Shown here: one piece after another, positions 40,696 through 54,739 of the stretch | How the letters are laid out: every line of letters starts with the position of its first letter | How positions within the stretch are numbered: position 1 is the stretch's first letter | From: Octopus vulgaris | Taxonomy: Eukaryota | DNA: 64,000 nt | Direction: 5' to 3' | Assembly (NCBI GenBank): GCA_951406725.2 | Contig: OX597834.1 | Coordinates: 19,778,001-19,842,000, forward strand | The notes under the pieces: model-generated | What the model saw: only the letters and a program-made list of their open reading frames with translations | Databases searched by the model: none | What the model was told of the DNA's origin: nothing | Position numbers and translations under genes: made by a program

Positions 40696-41122
40696 TATTA
40701 TTATTATTATTATTATTATGCATTATTTTTGTTATATTTTTTTCTATTTGTTTAAATTTTTTTTTTTAGAAAATGTCATCAGAAACAAAGACATTTTTTT
40801 TTAGTAATGGAATGCAGTGGTGGTGGTAGTGATGTTGTTGATGATATAATGAAGAATATGTTTTACAATAAAAGAACCCATTAATTAAACAAAGAAAATA
40901 CAGAACGGTTATTGTAAAAGATAATCGAATAATACAGAATATATAACAAACCAAAAAAAAATAAAGAACATAAAGACAACAATAGTTTTCGTATTTTTCA
41001 CTCGATGTTTGACATCTTTTTGTTAGAATACTTTCTTACATAATTTAATGCCTACAAGATTAATAGCGGTAATATAATATGATACAATATAGTATAATAT
41101 AACATAGAATAATATGCTATAA

Positions 41123-41590
41123 TCACCATCATCATCATCATCATCATCATCATTTAATGTCCGATTTCCATGCTGGCATGGGTTGGACGGTTCGACTGAA
41201 AACTGGTAAGTTAGGGAGCTACACCAGTTTCCAATCTGATTTGGCATGGTTTCTACAACTAGATACCCTTCCTAATGCCAACCACTCCAAGAATATAGTG
41301 GGTGCTTTTTATGTATCACTGGCACAAGTGCCAGTTATGGAACTGTTATTGGTCATGACTATGATCTCCCTCAGCTTGACAGGTCTTCTGAAGTATGACA
41401 TGTGGCCAAAAGTCTCGATCACTTGTTACTGCTTCCGTGGGGCCCAAAGTTCAAAAGGTGATTTTTATGTGCCACCAGCACAGGTGCCAGGTACACAACA
41501 TTGGCATTGGCCATGACTGTGACTTCACTTGGCTTGATGGGTCTTCTCAAGCACAGCATATCGCCCAACATTCGAAAGGTGCTTTTTAGT
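41123..41590 (-). mobile_element. Family F RTE 3' UTR fragment (older)
   Basis: (CAT)n and CCATGCTGGCATGGGTTGGACGG. Confidence 0.75.
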
Positions 41591-41689
41591 TTGAGAGGCA
41601 ATAAAGCAATAGCCTACAATTTTATAATTTTAAACAAACGTAAAGTATGAACAATTCTTGATTCTGTCATTTGATTATTTGACTATTAG

Positions 41690-43590
41690 TGCATAAAGTA
41701 TACATGCAGTCCTCACAAACTTTCTGTGATTAAAGCAACCTGCAGCATAATTCGAGTTGGCTAGGCCTGACCTTGGGTATATGCTGTGGTTTGTTGTGAT
41801 GCGCTTATTTTCACTGTATTGAAAGTGTTTTATGTAGGAGGGGTGCAGTACCCAGTAGTACTATTTTCTGTGTTATATATACTTGTTAGTCCTGGTGTTT
41901 TTGTTATGTATTAGTCTGAATGTTTTTTGATCATACCTAATGTGCCTACTATGATAGGAATTTTTTCAGTTTTTAGGCTCCACATTTGAGTTACCTATAT
42001 TTCCAGTTTTGATTTACCTATACTCAAAGTTTCTCCATTTCTTTTAGAGAAGCATTGTCATCTGTTGGTATTGATACATTGATTAGAATGCTATTTTTTT
42101 TTTTTGACGATCTCTCACAACTACATCCAGCCTATTGGACTTAATTTCTCTATCTGCATGTACTAGCATATCCCAGAGTATGGTTGCTTTCTCCTTTTCT
42201 GTAACCTTTTCTGGCATGTGCCTATACCATCTTTTGTCGCAATTTATGTTCCTAACACTAGCTCAATGATAACGATGTTATTTTACTAAATTCTTTCTTA
42301 TATTTATGCCACCCGCCCGTCTGGCACCTGTGCGGGTGGCACGTAAAAAGCACCCACTACACTCACGGAGTGGTTGGCGTTAGGAAGGGCATCCAGCCGT
42401 AGAAACACTGCCAGATCAGACTGGTTGCTTTCTCCTGTTCTGCGACCTTTTCAGGCATGTGCCTATACCATCTTTTTTCTGTTGTTATTCCATAGTGTTG
42501 GCATAGCTTCCAGTGAATGTAGCTCCCAATTCTGTCTCGTCTGTGAATATATTCCTTCTTAGACAGGACTGGGCAGCCAGCGACAATATGATTTATTGTT
42601 TCTTCTACATAACCACATATTCTGAAATTGCTTGTATTTCTTTTCATTATGTGTTTTTGGTGATTTCTGGTGGGAAGGCTTTGATCTTGTGCTACAATTA
42701 AAAATCCTTCAGTCTCTGCTTTGAGTTCTGCTTTCTCTATTTTTTTGTGTTTATCTTAACTCAATATTTGCCATGAAGGGGCTTATCTTGCCATCGTTTC
42801 ATCATGATCTTTTGCTGTTCCAGTTTTAGTTTTGAATTTCAGTTGCTTTACAGCTTTTGTTGTTTCTTCTTTTTTCATAGTTGTTAGGTACTAAGACTCA
42901 TTTTTTGTATTTGTCAGCTTCCTTAGAGACTGAAGACAGTTTCTTGTTTTGTTCTTGTTTTAAGGCTATTTGTATTAGTTTTCCTTGATTTTTAAATAGG
43001 TATTTCAGTTGTCCTATGGTGGTTATTTTGTAATAGTTTTCTAGCTGTATAAGGCCTCTACCACCTTTGCTATGATATATATATAATCTTTTTATATCAG
43101 ACTAGCAGTGACCGACCAGGCTATCAGATGTTGTTACACATCGCTAGTCACAATGCGCTTCGCATTGTTTTAGCCTTGAAATGATGCCACCCCGCTGGCT
43201 AAGCGAGCAGGCCAACAGAAGAAAGAGTGAGAGAAAGTTGTGGTGAAAGAGTACAGCAGGGATCACCACCACCCCCTGCCGGAGCCTCGTGGAGCTTTAG
43301 GTGTTTTCGCTCAATAAACACTCACAACGCCCGGTCTGGGAATCGAAACCGCGATCCTTCGACCGCGAGTCCGCTGCCCTAACCACTAGGCCATTGCGCC
43401 TCCACATGTTATATATATATAACCTTTTTATATCAGATTTTGGATGGTACATCCGAAATCCTGTCTTTATACATCTTGTTTTTCTGTCTATTTCGATTAG
43501 TTCATTTAGAGTCCAGTTAAGAATATTGTAGCTGTAACTTATAACTGTGATGGTTAGAGTGTTGATACATATTATCTTGTTTTTATTATT
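41690..43590 (-). mobile_element. R4/Dong-clade non-LTR retrotransposon 3' half (post-RT region, CCHC knuckle, restriction-like endonuclease), decayed with nested insertions
   Basis: HPKSDIKRLYI, GGRGLIQLE, RICGYVEETINHIVAGCPVLSKKEYIHRRDRIG, TILWD..DREIKSNRLDVVV..ILINVSIP, IPIIVGTLGMI. Confidence 0.85.
43106..43405 (-). mobile_element. SINE family D inserted in the Dong-like element
   Basis: Flanked by the direct repeat ATATATAA(T/C)CTTTTTATATCAGA. Confidence 0.88.
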
Positions 43591-43942
43591 ACTCTTTTAC
43601 TTGTTTCAGATATTTGACTGTGGCCATGTTGGAGCACCACCTTTAGTTGAGCAAATCGACCCTAGGACTTATTCTTTGGATACCTAGTACTTATTCTATC
43701 GGTCTCTTTTGCTGAACCGCTAATTTACAAACACAGACACACAAACATACACACACACATACATACACATAAATATACATATATACGACAAGCTTCTTTC
43801 AGTTTCCATCAACCAAATCCACTCACAAGGCTTTGGTCAGCCCGAGGCTATAGTAGAAGACACTTGCCCAAAATGCCACGGAGTGGGACTGCACCAAGAA
43901 CCATGTGGTTTTTAAGCAAGCTACTTACCACACGGCCACTCT
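43590..43942 (-). mobile_element. SINE family A
   Basis: Colinear with 282-691. Confidence 0.85.
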
Positions 43943-44469
43943 ATTATTATTATTATTATTATTATTATCATTATTATTATTATTATTAATATTATTATTA
44001 TTATTATTTTATTATTATTATTATTATTAATATTATTATTATTATTATTTTATTATTATTATTATCATTATTATTATTATTATTATTATTACTATTTTAC
44101 ATTAAATGTAAAGCACATGCACACAAATACTGACACATGTATGTGCACATGCACATAATATTGTGTACATGTATGTATGAATATATATGATTATATATAT
44201 TTTCAAAGAGAGAGAGAGAGAGGTAATATATGTAATCCTTTCTAATATAGACACAGGGACTGAAATTTTTTATGGGAGAGGGTTAGTTGATTATCTCGGT
44301 CGCAGTACTCAACTGGTACTTAATTTATTGATTCTGAAATGATGAAAAGCAAAGCTGACCTCGTCAGCATTTGAACTCAGAATGTAAAATCAGAATAAAT
44401 GCCACTAAACATTTTGTCCAGCATGCTAACAATTCTCCCAGCCCCACCAACTTAGAGGTCATATATATG

Positions 44470-44505
<36 letters not shown>

Positions 44506-45261
44506 CACATACACAAACTCTTGAAATGCACACCTTCACACACACACACCTACATGTGATTGTATGGGTGTTTGCATTTTCATTCATTTCAATTCTTTTT
44601 TTTTTTTCATGTTTGTGCAATGAAGGATATAACATTTTTGCAAAACCTCCATTAGAAAATTACATGAATTATTGGAAAACACTAAGAATATATTTGTTGC
44701 TTGCTTTCACTCGGTGTCAATGGCTGACTACCTTTCATCTCACTGCTTCATACATACATACATACATACATACATACATACATACATACATACATACATA
44801 CATACAAATATATACATATATATGTGTGTGTTTGTGTATCTGTCTCATTTGGGACACATACATTCGCATCTACAGTTACATGTGTAGATACATGCTTACA
44901 CATCTCCATACATTTTCTCTTCTACACGCATGCACTTGCACATATTATTGTTCAGTTAACCATATTGTTCATTCACTCATTTCTCACCTTGACAATAAAC
45001 ACATTAAAATATTAAATATATAAATGAGTTATCATCAAATTGATAAACATTCACTCAATGGATAGGTATTCAACCAGCCTTCTAAAAGATTTTAAATTGA
45101 AATACTACAACTAATGCACACATCGGTGGCACACATGTGCATGAAAGCATATATGAGTGTGTGTGTGTGTGTGTGTGCATGTGTGTATGTATGTATTTTT
45201 TTATTTCTTTCAGCCATACTGGAGCAGTACCTTTAGTCGCAGAGTTACAGGGACATAAACA

Positions 45262-45633
45262 CACCACGAAAAAGCACCATCCAAATATGGTCGATGCCAG
45301 CCCCCTCCGGCTCCCATGCCGGTGGCACGTAAAAGCACCATCCAAACGTGGTTGATACCAGCCCCCTCTGGCTCCCATGCTGGTGGCACATAAAAGCACC
45401 ATCTAAACCTTTGTTGATACCAGCCCCCCCTGCCCCTGTGTGGGTGGCACGTAAAAAGTACCCCCTATACTCTTGGAGTGGTTGGTGTTACGAAGGGCAT
45501 CCAGATATAGAAACATTGCAAGATCAGACTGGAGCCTGGTGCAGTCTCCTGGATTCCCAGACCTCAGTCAAACCGTCCCATCCATGCCAGCATGGAAAAA
45601 GGACGCTAAACAATTATGATGATCATCATCATG
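45262..45633 (+). mobile_element. Family F RTE 3' UTR fragment with tandem modules
   Basis: Repeated GGTGGCAC(G/A)TAAAAGCACC modules. Confidence 0.8.
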
Positions 45634-45640
45634 ATATATA

Positions 45641-46413
45641 TATCATGTCATCCCATAAGTTCTGTCTGATTTTACCTTTTTTAAAATTAAATGAAACTTG
45701 ATAGTATTTTAGAATGTTTAATAGAATTAAAGATTATTTTTATGCCTTTGTGTACATTTAAACTAATTAAATATTATTTTACAGAATAATAGAATTAAAA
45801 TTTCTTTGATTAAAATCCTTTCTAACATGAAAGTATCCAAAGAGCATTTGAGGCACATAAGGCTTTATGAGTACAAAAAATGAAACTCTGCAGCTGAAGT
45901 GACTCAAAACATACACTCAGTTTATGGGAAAGAATGCTTGAATGAAAGAACTTGCAGAAGATGGTTTGCAAAATTCAGAAGTGGAGATTTCAGCCTTAAA
46001 GATGAAGATCGAACAGGACATCCAGTTGAGTTTGATGATAAGCTCTTTGAGGCATTACTTGAAGAAAATCCTGCCTCATCAGTTGAAGAATTGGCAACAA
46101 AGCTTAGTTCAAACCATACAACTGTTCATCATCATTTTCAACAACTTGGAAAGGTTCCTAAACTTGGAAAATGGGTACCTCATGAATTGTCTGAAAGCAA
46201 CTGCAAATCTCAAGTTGACATCTGCTCTTCTATCCATTCTCATGTACTCATTTCACCTTTTTTGGATTGACTTGTGACTGGTGACGAAAAATGGATCTTC
46301 TATCGAAATATTAAACGTCGTAAACAGTGGCTTGGTAAAAAGGAAAAAGCTCAACCACAACCGAGATGGGAACTTCATGGAAAAATGTTTCCTCTCTCTA
46401 TCTGGTGGGATTG
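45641..46413 (+). pseudogene. Mariner transposon 5' part: transposase pseudogene (ATG 45827) truncated before the second catalytic Asp
   Basis: One frame with two stops: CRRWFAKFRSGDFSLKDEDRTGHP, GKWVPHELSE, LVTGDEKWIFY, SIWWD; TIR-like GTCATCCCATAAGTTCTGTC upstream. Confidence 0.92.
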
Positions 46414-46674
46414 TTTTTGTTCCCAACTTTCACCCTTCATAAATCCTAAATTTTATTTTAGAATTTATAGGAGCAGCTATCTTTGGAGACTCATATTGTC
46501 ATTGAATGCTCAAAACGAGGAGTAGATAGAAAGCCAACAACCGATGAAGTGTCCTATCTCTAGGTTTACTTGTCCTATTTTCCATTTTTATCTCTCATTT
46601 TTTACGTATTTAACTCATTTGTTCACATATTTCATGTCGTTGCACAGTTGCTGACATCTTGTACCCATATATGC

Positions 46675-46712
<38 letters not shown>

Positions 46713-46716
<4 letters not shown>

Positions 46717-47055
46717 GCATGACTCAGTGGTTAGAGCATCGAGCTTACGATCGTGAGGTTGTGAACTCGAATCCCGGACCGGGCTGCGTGTTGTGTTCTT
46801 GAGCAAGGCACTTTATTTCACGTTGCTCCAGTTCACTCAGCTGTAGAAATGAGTTGCGACGTCACTGGTGCCAAGCTGTATCGGCCCCTTTGCCTTTCCC
46901 TTGGATAACACTGGTGGCGTGGAGAGAGGAGGCTGGTATGCATGGACGACTGCTGGTCTTCCATAAACAACCTTGCCCGGACTTGTGTCTAGGAGGGTAA
47001 CTTTCTAGGTGCAATCCCATGGTCATTCATGACCGAAGGGGGTCTTTACCCTTTT
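46713..47055 (+). mobile_element. SINE family C, full length and young
   Basis: Pol III boxes TGACTCAGTGG / ACTCGAATCCC, CpGs retained, (TA)n flanks. Confidence 0.87.
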
Positions 47056-47493
47056 ATATATATATATGGAGAGAGAGAGAGAGATGATATGATATGAAAA
47101 GCAAAACTAAGCTTCCATTTAATTGTAGAATACAGTTACTGATCAACAAGAGGTCATTTGCATAATTTATTACAGAAATACCATAGTCTTACAAACCATC
47201 CACTTTCCTCATAGTAAATACAGAGAAACTTCAGTCTGTTACCAGGGGAGATTATTAAGTTAAATACAAGTAACCAACTCTTAAATAATGGATTTCATAA
47301 ATATTGGAAGACCATAAAATCTGAAGCTTCCTCTTAATATTCTGAAGGGACTCATTTGAGTTGAGGCAGTGTTTACTAGTTTAGAATCTCTCAGGCATAA
47401 CATTGCCACTGTTTAATGGTTATCCTATTTGTATGTTAGTCCAACTGTTGCTTAACTCTACAGATAAAATGTGTGCATGTATGTGTGTGTGTA

Positions 47494-47537
<44 letters not shown>

Positions 47538-47685
47538 TGAAATTCTGGTTGGTTCTGTGTTTATATTTGATGGAGAATGGTAAAAATGATAGAGAAATGA
47601 GTGTGTGTGTATGTGTGTGTGTGTGTGTGTGTGTGCGTGTGTGTGTGTGTGTGTTTGTGTGTGTGTTTGTGTGTGTGTGTGTTTC

Positions 47686-47716
<31 letters not shown>

Positions 47717-47733
47717 TTGTGTGTGTGTATGTT

Positions 47734-47764
<31 letters not shown>

Positions 47765-48222
47765 TTGTGTGTGCGTGAGTGTGTGTGTGTGAGTGTGTTT
47801 GTGTGTGTGTGTGTTTGAATATGAATGTTTATTTCATCCTGTCTTCCTTCCTCTTTTACTTGTTTCAGTCATTGGGGTGCGACCATGCTGGGGCACAGCC
47901 TTGAAGGGTTTTACTCAAACAAAATCAATCCCAGTGCTCGTTTTTTTTTTTCTTTTTTTTCGAAAGTCTATATTAGTGTCTTTTGCCAAACTGCTAAGTT
48001 ACAAGGACATAGAAGAACCAGCACCAGTTGTCAGAATGATGGCAACGGGGACAGGCCCAAACACAAAATATATACGAAAAATACAAAATCTTGAATAATA
48101 TTAGTCACAAATTCATTTTGATTTATGCATTTTTGCACAAATGTATCTGCATGAATGCACGTATGTATTTATGTGTGCATGTCTATGTGTGTATCTGTGT
48201 GTGTGAGAGAGGAAACTGCCAG

Positions 48223-48255
<33 letters not shown>

Positions 48256-48292
48256 GTATATATATATGTATATGTATATGTATATATATATG

Positions 48293-48391
<99 letters not shown>

Positions 48392-48398
48392 GTATATA

Positions 48399-48471
<73 letters not shown>

Positions 48472-48520
48472 GTATATATATATGTATATATATATATATG
48501 TATATATATATATGTATATA

Positions 48521-48591
<71 letters not shown>

Positions 48592-48989
48592 TTGAATTGT
48601 TTTTTGTTATTTGTACTAAACTGAATGAATGTTCTGGAAAGCTCCTCTTTGTGATCGGCTTTTGAGAACCAGTGTATTATCAGTTACCAACACAAAAGCA
48701 GCCTACTTTCAAGGAAGTTATTCATGTGGGAGAAACATTTCTGGGAGGTTCCATTCTCCATTCATTGTTACTTCCCTGAAGGCATTGATTAAGAGTTATC
48801 AAGTGAAGAATCCTTGAATCGAGGAGTTTGAGCGACATAAAGTAGACATCCTCATCTCTCTATCACAACACTCGTTCTGTTGTAAAATTGCCTTTCATTA
48901 AAGACGTTTTAACTAAATTCTATTTGAAGCAAAATTCATGAAATTTTCCACTATCAAAATGGAGAAGATTCTATAAGCATCAGTTAAAA

Positions 48990-49292
48990 CAGTGGTTCCC
49001 AAACCCTTTCAAATTGCTGCCCCCTTGGCATCCAGGCCTCATTTCTAGCCCCCCCCCCCCAACACCACCACCATAAATGTAGACCATTTTCTACAGTAAA
49101 TTCGAAACAACTGTATTTCACAAATAAAACTTAACCTAATCAACCAATTATTTTATTGTTTTTACACCCGTCATCCCTTTTTGGCCAAACCATTATCACC
49201 TCACTTTTCATCAATGTACCCCCATACTGCATCTCCAACGCTCCTTACCCTGAATCTTTCCACCACAGTACCATCCACTTTAAGAACCACTG
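48990..49292. mobile_element. hAT-like MITE
   Basis: TIRs CAGTGGTTCCCAAA / TTTAAGAACCACTG; GTTAAAA on both sides. Confidence 0.75.
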
Positions 49293-49671
49293 GTTAAAAC
49301 CAAATAAGAGTTCTTGTGGGTCTCTGTTATATTTTTTATAAATAGCTTTGAAATGACCGGAATTGTATAACATTCATAAATTTTTATTTAGGCAGATTAT
49401 ATGTTAAAGTAAGGAAAAATATCCAAATTATACTGCCAAACAAATTTTATGTATTTTTCAATTCTTTTATTCTTCTCCCAGCTTTAGAAATTTGGCTGTT
49501 AACATTCAGGAACAATTCCTTTGAGGGTCATATCAACTCTGACTTTCACTTATTTTATTAGTTTCTATTTGCTGATGTGCTTGGTTATATGAGATAAACA
49601 ATAACATCAATTTTATTTTGCCACATGTGGTGTATACACAGAAATCCCAACACACACATACACATACATGC

Positions 49672-49999
<328 letters not shown>

Positions 50000-50696
50000 A
50001 TGCATCCATTCATACATCCATATGTATGTGTGTGTGTGTTTGTGTGTGTGCCTGTGTGTAACTCATTATTCTTTTGCTGTTCTTCTTCACCATCATCATG
50101 ATGATGATGATCATCAACATCATCACATCATCATTTGTGACACCAGTTTCTGCCACAACTATGATTTCACTTGGCTTGATGGATCTCCCTTCTCAAGCAC
50201 ACCATATGCCCAAAGATCTCGGTCATTTGTCATTACCTCCATGAGGCTCAGTGCTTGAAAGGTGCTGTTTATGTTCCACTGGCAGGATGCCCTTCCTAAC
50301 ACCAACCACTCTGAGAGTGTAACGGAAGCATTTACATGCCACTGGCACGGGTGCCAGTTGTGTGACACCAGTTTCTGCCACAACTATGATTTCTCTTGGC
50401 TTGATGGGTCTTCACAAACAACACATCACCAAATATCTCAGTCATTTGTCATTACCTCCATGAGGCTCAGTGCTTGAAAGGTGTTATTTATGTGCCATCG
50501 GTATGGTTGCTACTTCAGTGACACCAGCATCAGCATATTGCCTGTGTGAGGCGCAATGCTCAACAGATGGTTTTTACATGCCACCAGCACAGGTGCCACT
50601 TATGTGACACCAACAACGGCCGCATCTGTGACATAATTATAAAAATAATAGTAATAATACTAATAATAATAATAATAGTAATAGTAATAATAATAA

Positions 50697-51275
50697 ATAT
50701 CTCAGTCACAGGTCATTGCCCTGATGCAGCACCAGGCAGTGGCTCTCATGGCTTCTGATTTTAACTGATTGGAAGTGTTATCATGTACATGTTTTATCTT
50801 ATATAAAAGATGGGCTTCAGTAAACATTCTGCTCAATACGACAAATTTGCTTGTCAGTTGTTTGACCTTAACCAGTTGAGCATGTCTCTTGGTGGCTGAC
50901 AATATGTGCATCTCTGAACATGAGCAGAAGTAGTGGGGAGCATCATTGCCATGTATCGAGAGGGATTCTTTGGGGTTTGGATAATTCATCTTTGGAAACA
51001 TGGTTGTTATGTTCATCATCCTTAAACAACCCTTACTTAGGGATCTTTTGAGCAGAATAGGCTACTTGACCTGAAGAAAATTCTAACTGGGCCCCACCTG
51101 GACGGTCATGTGCTGTTTATCTTGATTTGAGATCACCATGTCACGCACATATGATTGTGATGCATGTGCCTGGTGTACCCTTATCAGATGGGTAATCATG
51201 CGGGGTATACAGGGCTTCATATATTTTACTCCAGTGTCACTTTGATGGCATGTACTGCTCTCTCACTCAATAGTA

Positions 51276-51320
<45 letters not shown>
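50697..51320 (+). mobile_element. Unclassified interspersed repeat bounded by (TAA)n
   Basis: Partial second copy at ~59325-59490 (GCAGTGG(C/T)TCTCATG...AACCAGTTGAG); (TAA)n on both sides. Confidence 0.6.
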
Positions 51321-51323
<3 letters not shown>

Positions 51324-53389
51324 GTTCAAGTTTTAGTACAAAGCCAGTATTTTGTGAGAAGGGGCAGCCAGTTACATTGACCTTAGTGTTTCACTGGTAT
51401 ATATGTCATTGACCCTGAGACGGATGGAAGGCAAAGTTGACTTTGACCGAATTTGAACTCAGAGCATAAAGATCGATGAAATGCCACTAAGAATTTTGCC
51501 TGGCATGATAAATGATTCCTCCTGCTTATGGTACTTACTAATGAGAATGAGGAATTGAACTTGTGTGGAAGTTGCACCCCCTATTTCGATGCTAAATCTT
51601 GGTACCAAATTTTCTCCTTTCATATTCGAATTTTATATCAGCTTTGACCCATGTATATATTTGTACCCTTAACATATACTTGGGTCAAATATTAATTTTT
51701 CCTGCAAAGTTCTTTTCCTTCATATTCAAACTTGGTATCAACTGTGTCCCATGCATAAGTCACACCCCGTTTCTTTTCTTTTCCAGTTAAAATAAAGCAT
51801 AATAAACTAGTGTGACTTATTCGTGAATAAATATGGTAATTATTACTTCATTTTTTTGGTTTTTATATAACGACAATCAATTCTGATGGCCACGCTACAA
51901 TGTCTGCTTAATAGTTTGTGACTTGTTTCAGTAAATTGATCACATCTCACTAATTGAGTTTTTCTTCAAGTTTCCTTCATCGCAAATTAAAATAAATAAA
52001 TAAATAGATAAATAAAATAAAATAAAATAAAAATCAGCAACAACAATAACAACAACATGGTTCGTCTTCATTAATTCTTTCGGTCTCCCCTCTTATAATT
52101 CATTGCATGGAATCACTATATATGCTTTTGCTGTTCTTTGTTGTTTTCTTTTGGATTCCAAAAACATAAATATAAAAAGCCATATGCCAGTGAGATAGGC
52201 TTTAAGAAATGCAATTTGTTCACTGCTAAATAGCTGCCATGTATTTCTTTAAAAAAATTATCATTCAAATCCTGAAGTTTGTGTTACTGTTCCTCTCATC
52301 ATTGTCTATGTTTCTTATAAAAATAAGACTTGGTAACTGAATTAATTCTGTCTACAACTGACGTTTTAATTTCATTATCAATTTACTCATCATCACATCA
52401 CATCAAGAGAATCCTAATAATCTCATCTAAATAATTTTTGTTTGTTTCTTTCTTTACTGTTTTTTTTTCATTTCAATTTATATTTATTTATTTAATTATT
52501 TTTTGCTAAAATGTTTTTGAGGGACCAACCTGAGAAAAATCTATTAACTAAAAGCAATATTTCAAAGTCAAGAGAGATGATCCTTGCTTCAGTGAAAATA
52601 CCCAAAGGGGATCACTCTTCATGCTGACACTACTAAAGTAATCTTCCTTTTATCTTTTACTAATCTCTGTATTTGGACTGAGGCCAAGCTGGGGCACTTC
52701 CTTGAAGGGCTTTAGTCAAACAAATTGACCCCAGTACTTATTGTTCCATTTTAAGTCAGGTATTTTTCCTGTAAGTATCTTTTGCTGAATTACTAAGTTA
52801 TGGGCCATAAACAAACCAACACCAGCAGCGTTGGAGGACAAATACAAAGACATGCACTCATACATATATATACACAATGGCACATATATGTGGTAAGAAG
52901 TTTGCTTCCCAACCACTTGGTCACAGGTTCAGTTCCACTGCATGACAATGCAGACAAGTGTCATCTACCATAGCCCCAGGCCAAACAAAGCCTCTGTGTT
53001 TGTGTGTGTGTGTGCATGTGTAACTATCTCCTTGCTTTGACATCACATGGTAATTATAAAACAGATATGACTGTCTTGCAAGCGGCGCTCTTCATTTCCA
53101 ATCTTCCATGAAAACATGTCCGGTCTTAGGGAGACATTAGCTTGCTTAGAAACAGGTGAGGGTTGGCAACTGGATAGGCATCTGGTTGTAGAAAATCTGC
53201 TTCAAAAAAATTCCATCTGACCCATGCAAGCATGGAAAAATGGATATTAAATAATGTTAATATATCTACATAATATATATTTTAGAAAATGTGTAGTATA
53301 GTATTTAGTGTATTGATCTCTTGATTGTTAGAGTGAGGGCTAGGGTAAAGGTTAACCCTAACCCGTAACCACACAACCATACTTGCACA

Positions 53390-53643
53390 CACTAATGTAG
53401 CTAGAGTGTGTGCTGCCTGGGGTGACCCTTCCATTTGCCACCTCTGGAGCTCACAAAAACACACATTACCTACAGCAATAGCCTATATATATACATATAT
53501 ATAAAAAGGGGAAGTTTACGAAAATAAACAAAAGACGAAGGCAGGTGGTGTACAAACAAACAGATATATTAGTATAGCGCTCAGGAATAGAAAAAGTCTT
53601 TTATGTTTCAAGCCTACGCTCTTCTACAGAAAGATATCTCTTT

Positions 53644-53686
<43 letters not shown>

Positions 53687-53851
53687 ATACAGTAACGCAT
53701 ATATATATATATATATATACATAATATATATATATAAACACATATTGCCTACAGCAATAGTATACAACAAGATGAAAAGTGCTGCCCCTTTAAAAATTCC
53801 GCCCCTGGATGGACCGCCCCAACTACACACCCCACCCTAGCTACGCTAGTG
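53390..53851. mobile_element. hAT-like MITE with 8-bp TSD and a nested Penelope tail
   Basis: TIRs CACTAATGTAGCTAGAGTG / CACCCTAGCTACGCTAGTG; TSD CTTGCACA at 53382-53389 and 53852-53859. Confidence 0.85.
53505..53636 (-). mobile_element. Penelope-derived tail with hammerhead-like motif (53597-53634)
   Basis: TCTTT-CTGTAGA-A-GAGCgtagGCTT-GAAACATA-AAAGA. Confidence 0.78.
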
Positions 53852-54739
53852 CTTGCACAAAACAATTAAGATCAAAATCACTTTGAAGTTATTAATGAGG
53901 TTCATGGTGAACCCTCATCAAAAATTTGTCATGTTAACCATTTGAAATAATGGGGCAGGCTGACGTTGAGCCCATAAATAGGGTGAGTTTGTTTCTAAGT
54001 TCTTAATTTGTTGGCACCTTCTCTGAACCTTAGAGTAGAACAATTATCATTTGACCATAATGTATCGTTATAGTGGTCTGCTTTGTTAGTTTGTTTGTTC
54101 GTTAAAGTTACTTGAAATTTATTTATCTTTAATTAATTGCCATCATGTGTGAAGTGAGTAATGAGTTGGAGAAATGTCTTGAGGAATAATCTTCACTTCG
54201 TTGTTTTTGTATTGGATCCTCTGAGAGGTTTGTCATTGGAAAATTGGTTTTAATTGAAAAATACAATTAGAAAAAAATAATAACTAAGTAAAAACAGAAT
54301 GATAGAGACTGAAAACAGTGGGAGGGAGGGGGAACAAAAGGGATGAGAGATAGATAGATAGATAGATAGACAGATGGATATGAAACAGGATGGCAGAGAG
54401 ACACTTAAATAATAAATTATGGAAAAGATTGTAGTTGCGCGTGTGTGTGTGTGTGTGGATATGTGTATAGATAGAGTGGGAGAAAAAGAGGACAAAGAAA
54501 AATAAAGGAGATAGATAGACAGATGGATATGAAACAGGATGGCAGAGAGACATATATATATATATATATATATCCTATAAATGATAATAATGGTATTTTT
54601 ATATAAGCTTTTGCACCAATATATATATATATATATATGATATTAATTAGAGACAAAACCACTATTATGCAAATCAAACAAAGAAAGACTTAATCCAATA
54701 CATAAAAAATTTTATATAAATTAAATAAAATTAAATTCG

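Noticed and set aside
45827-46413. Possible domesticated SETMAR-like gene
   Set aside because: In-frame stops, truncation before the catalytic triad is complete, and no SET exon
46465-46560. GAGCA...TGCTC-AAAACG remnant resembling a hammerhead stem II
   Set aside because: The CUGANGA core is absent; too decayed to support
53326-53370. Head-to-head degenerate TTAGGG/CCCTAA repeats suggesting a telomere fusion
   Set aside because: Only about seven highly degenerate units; such motifs occur by chance or in transposon ends
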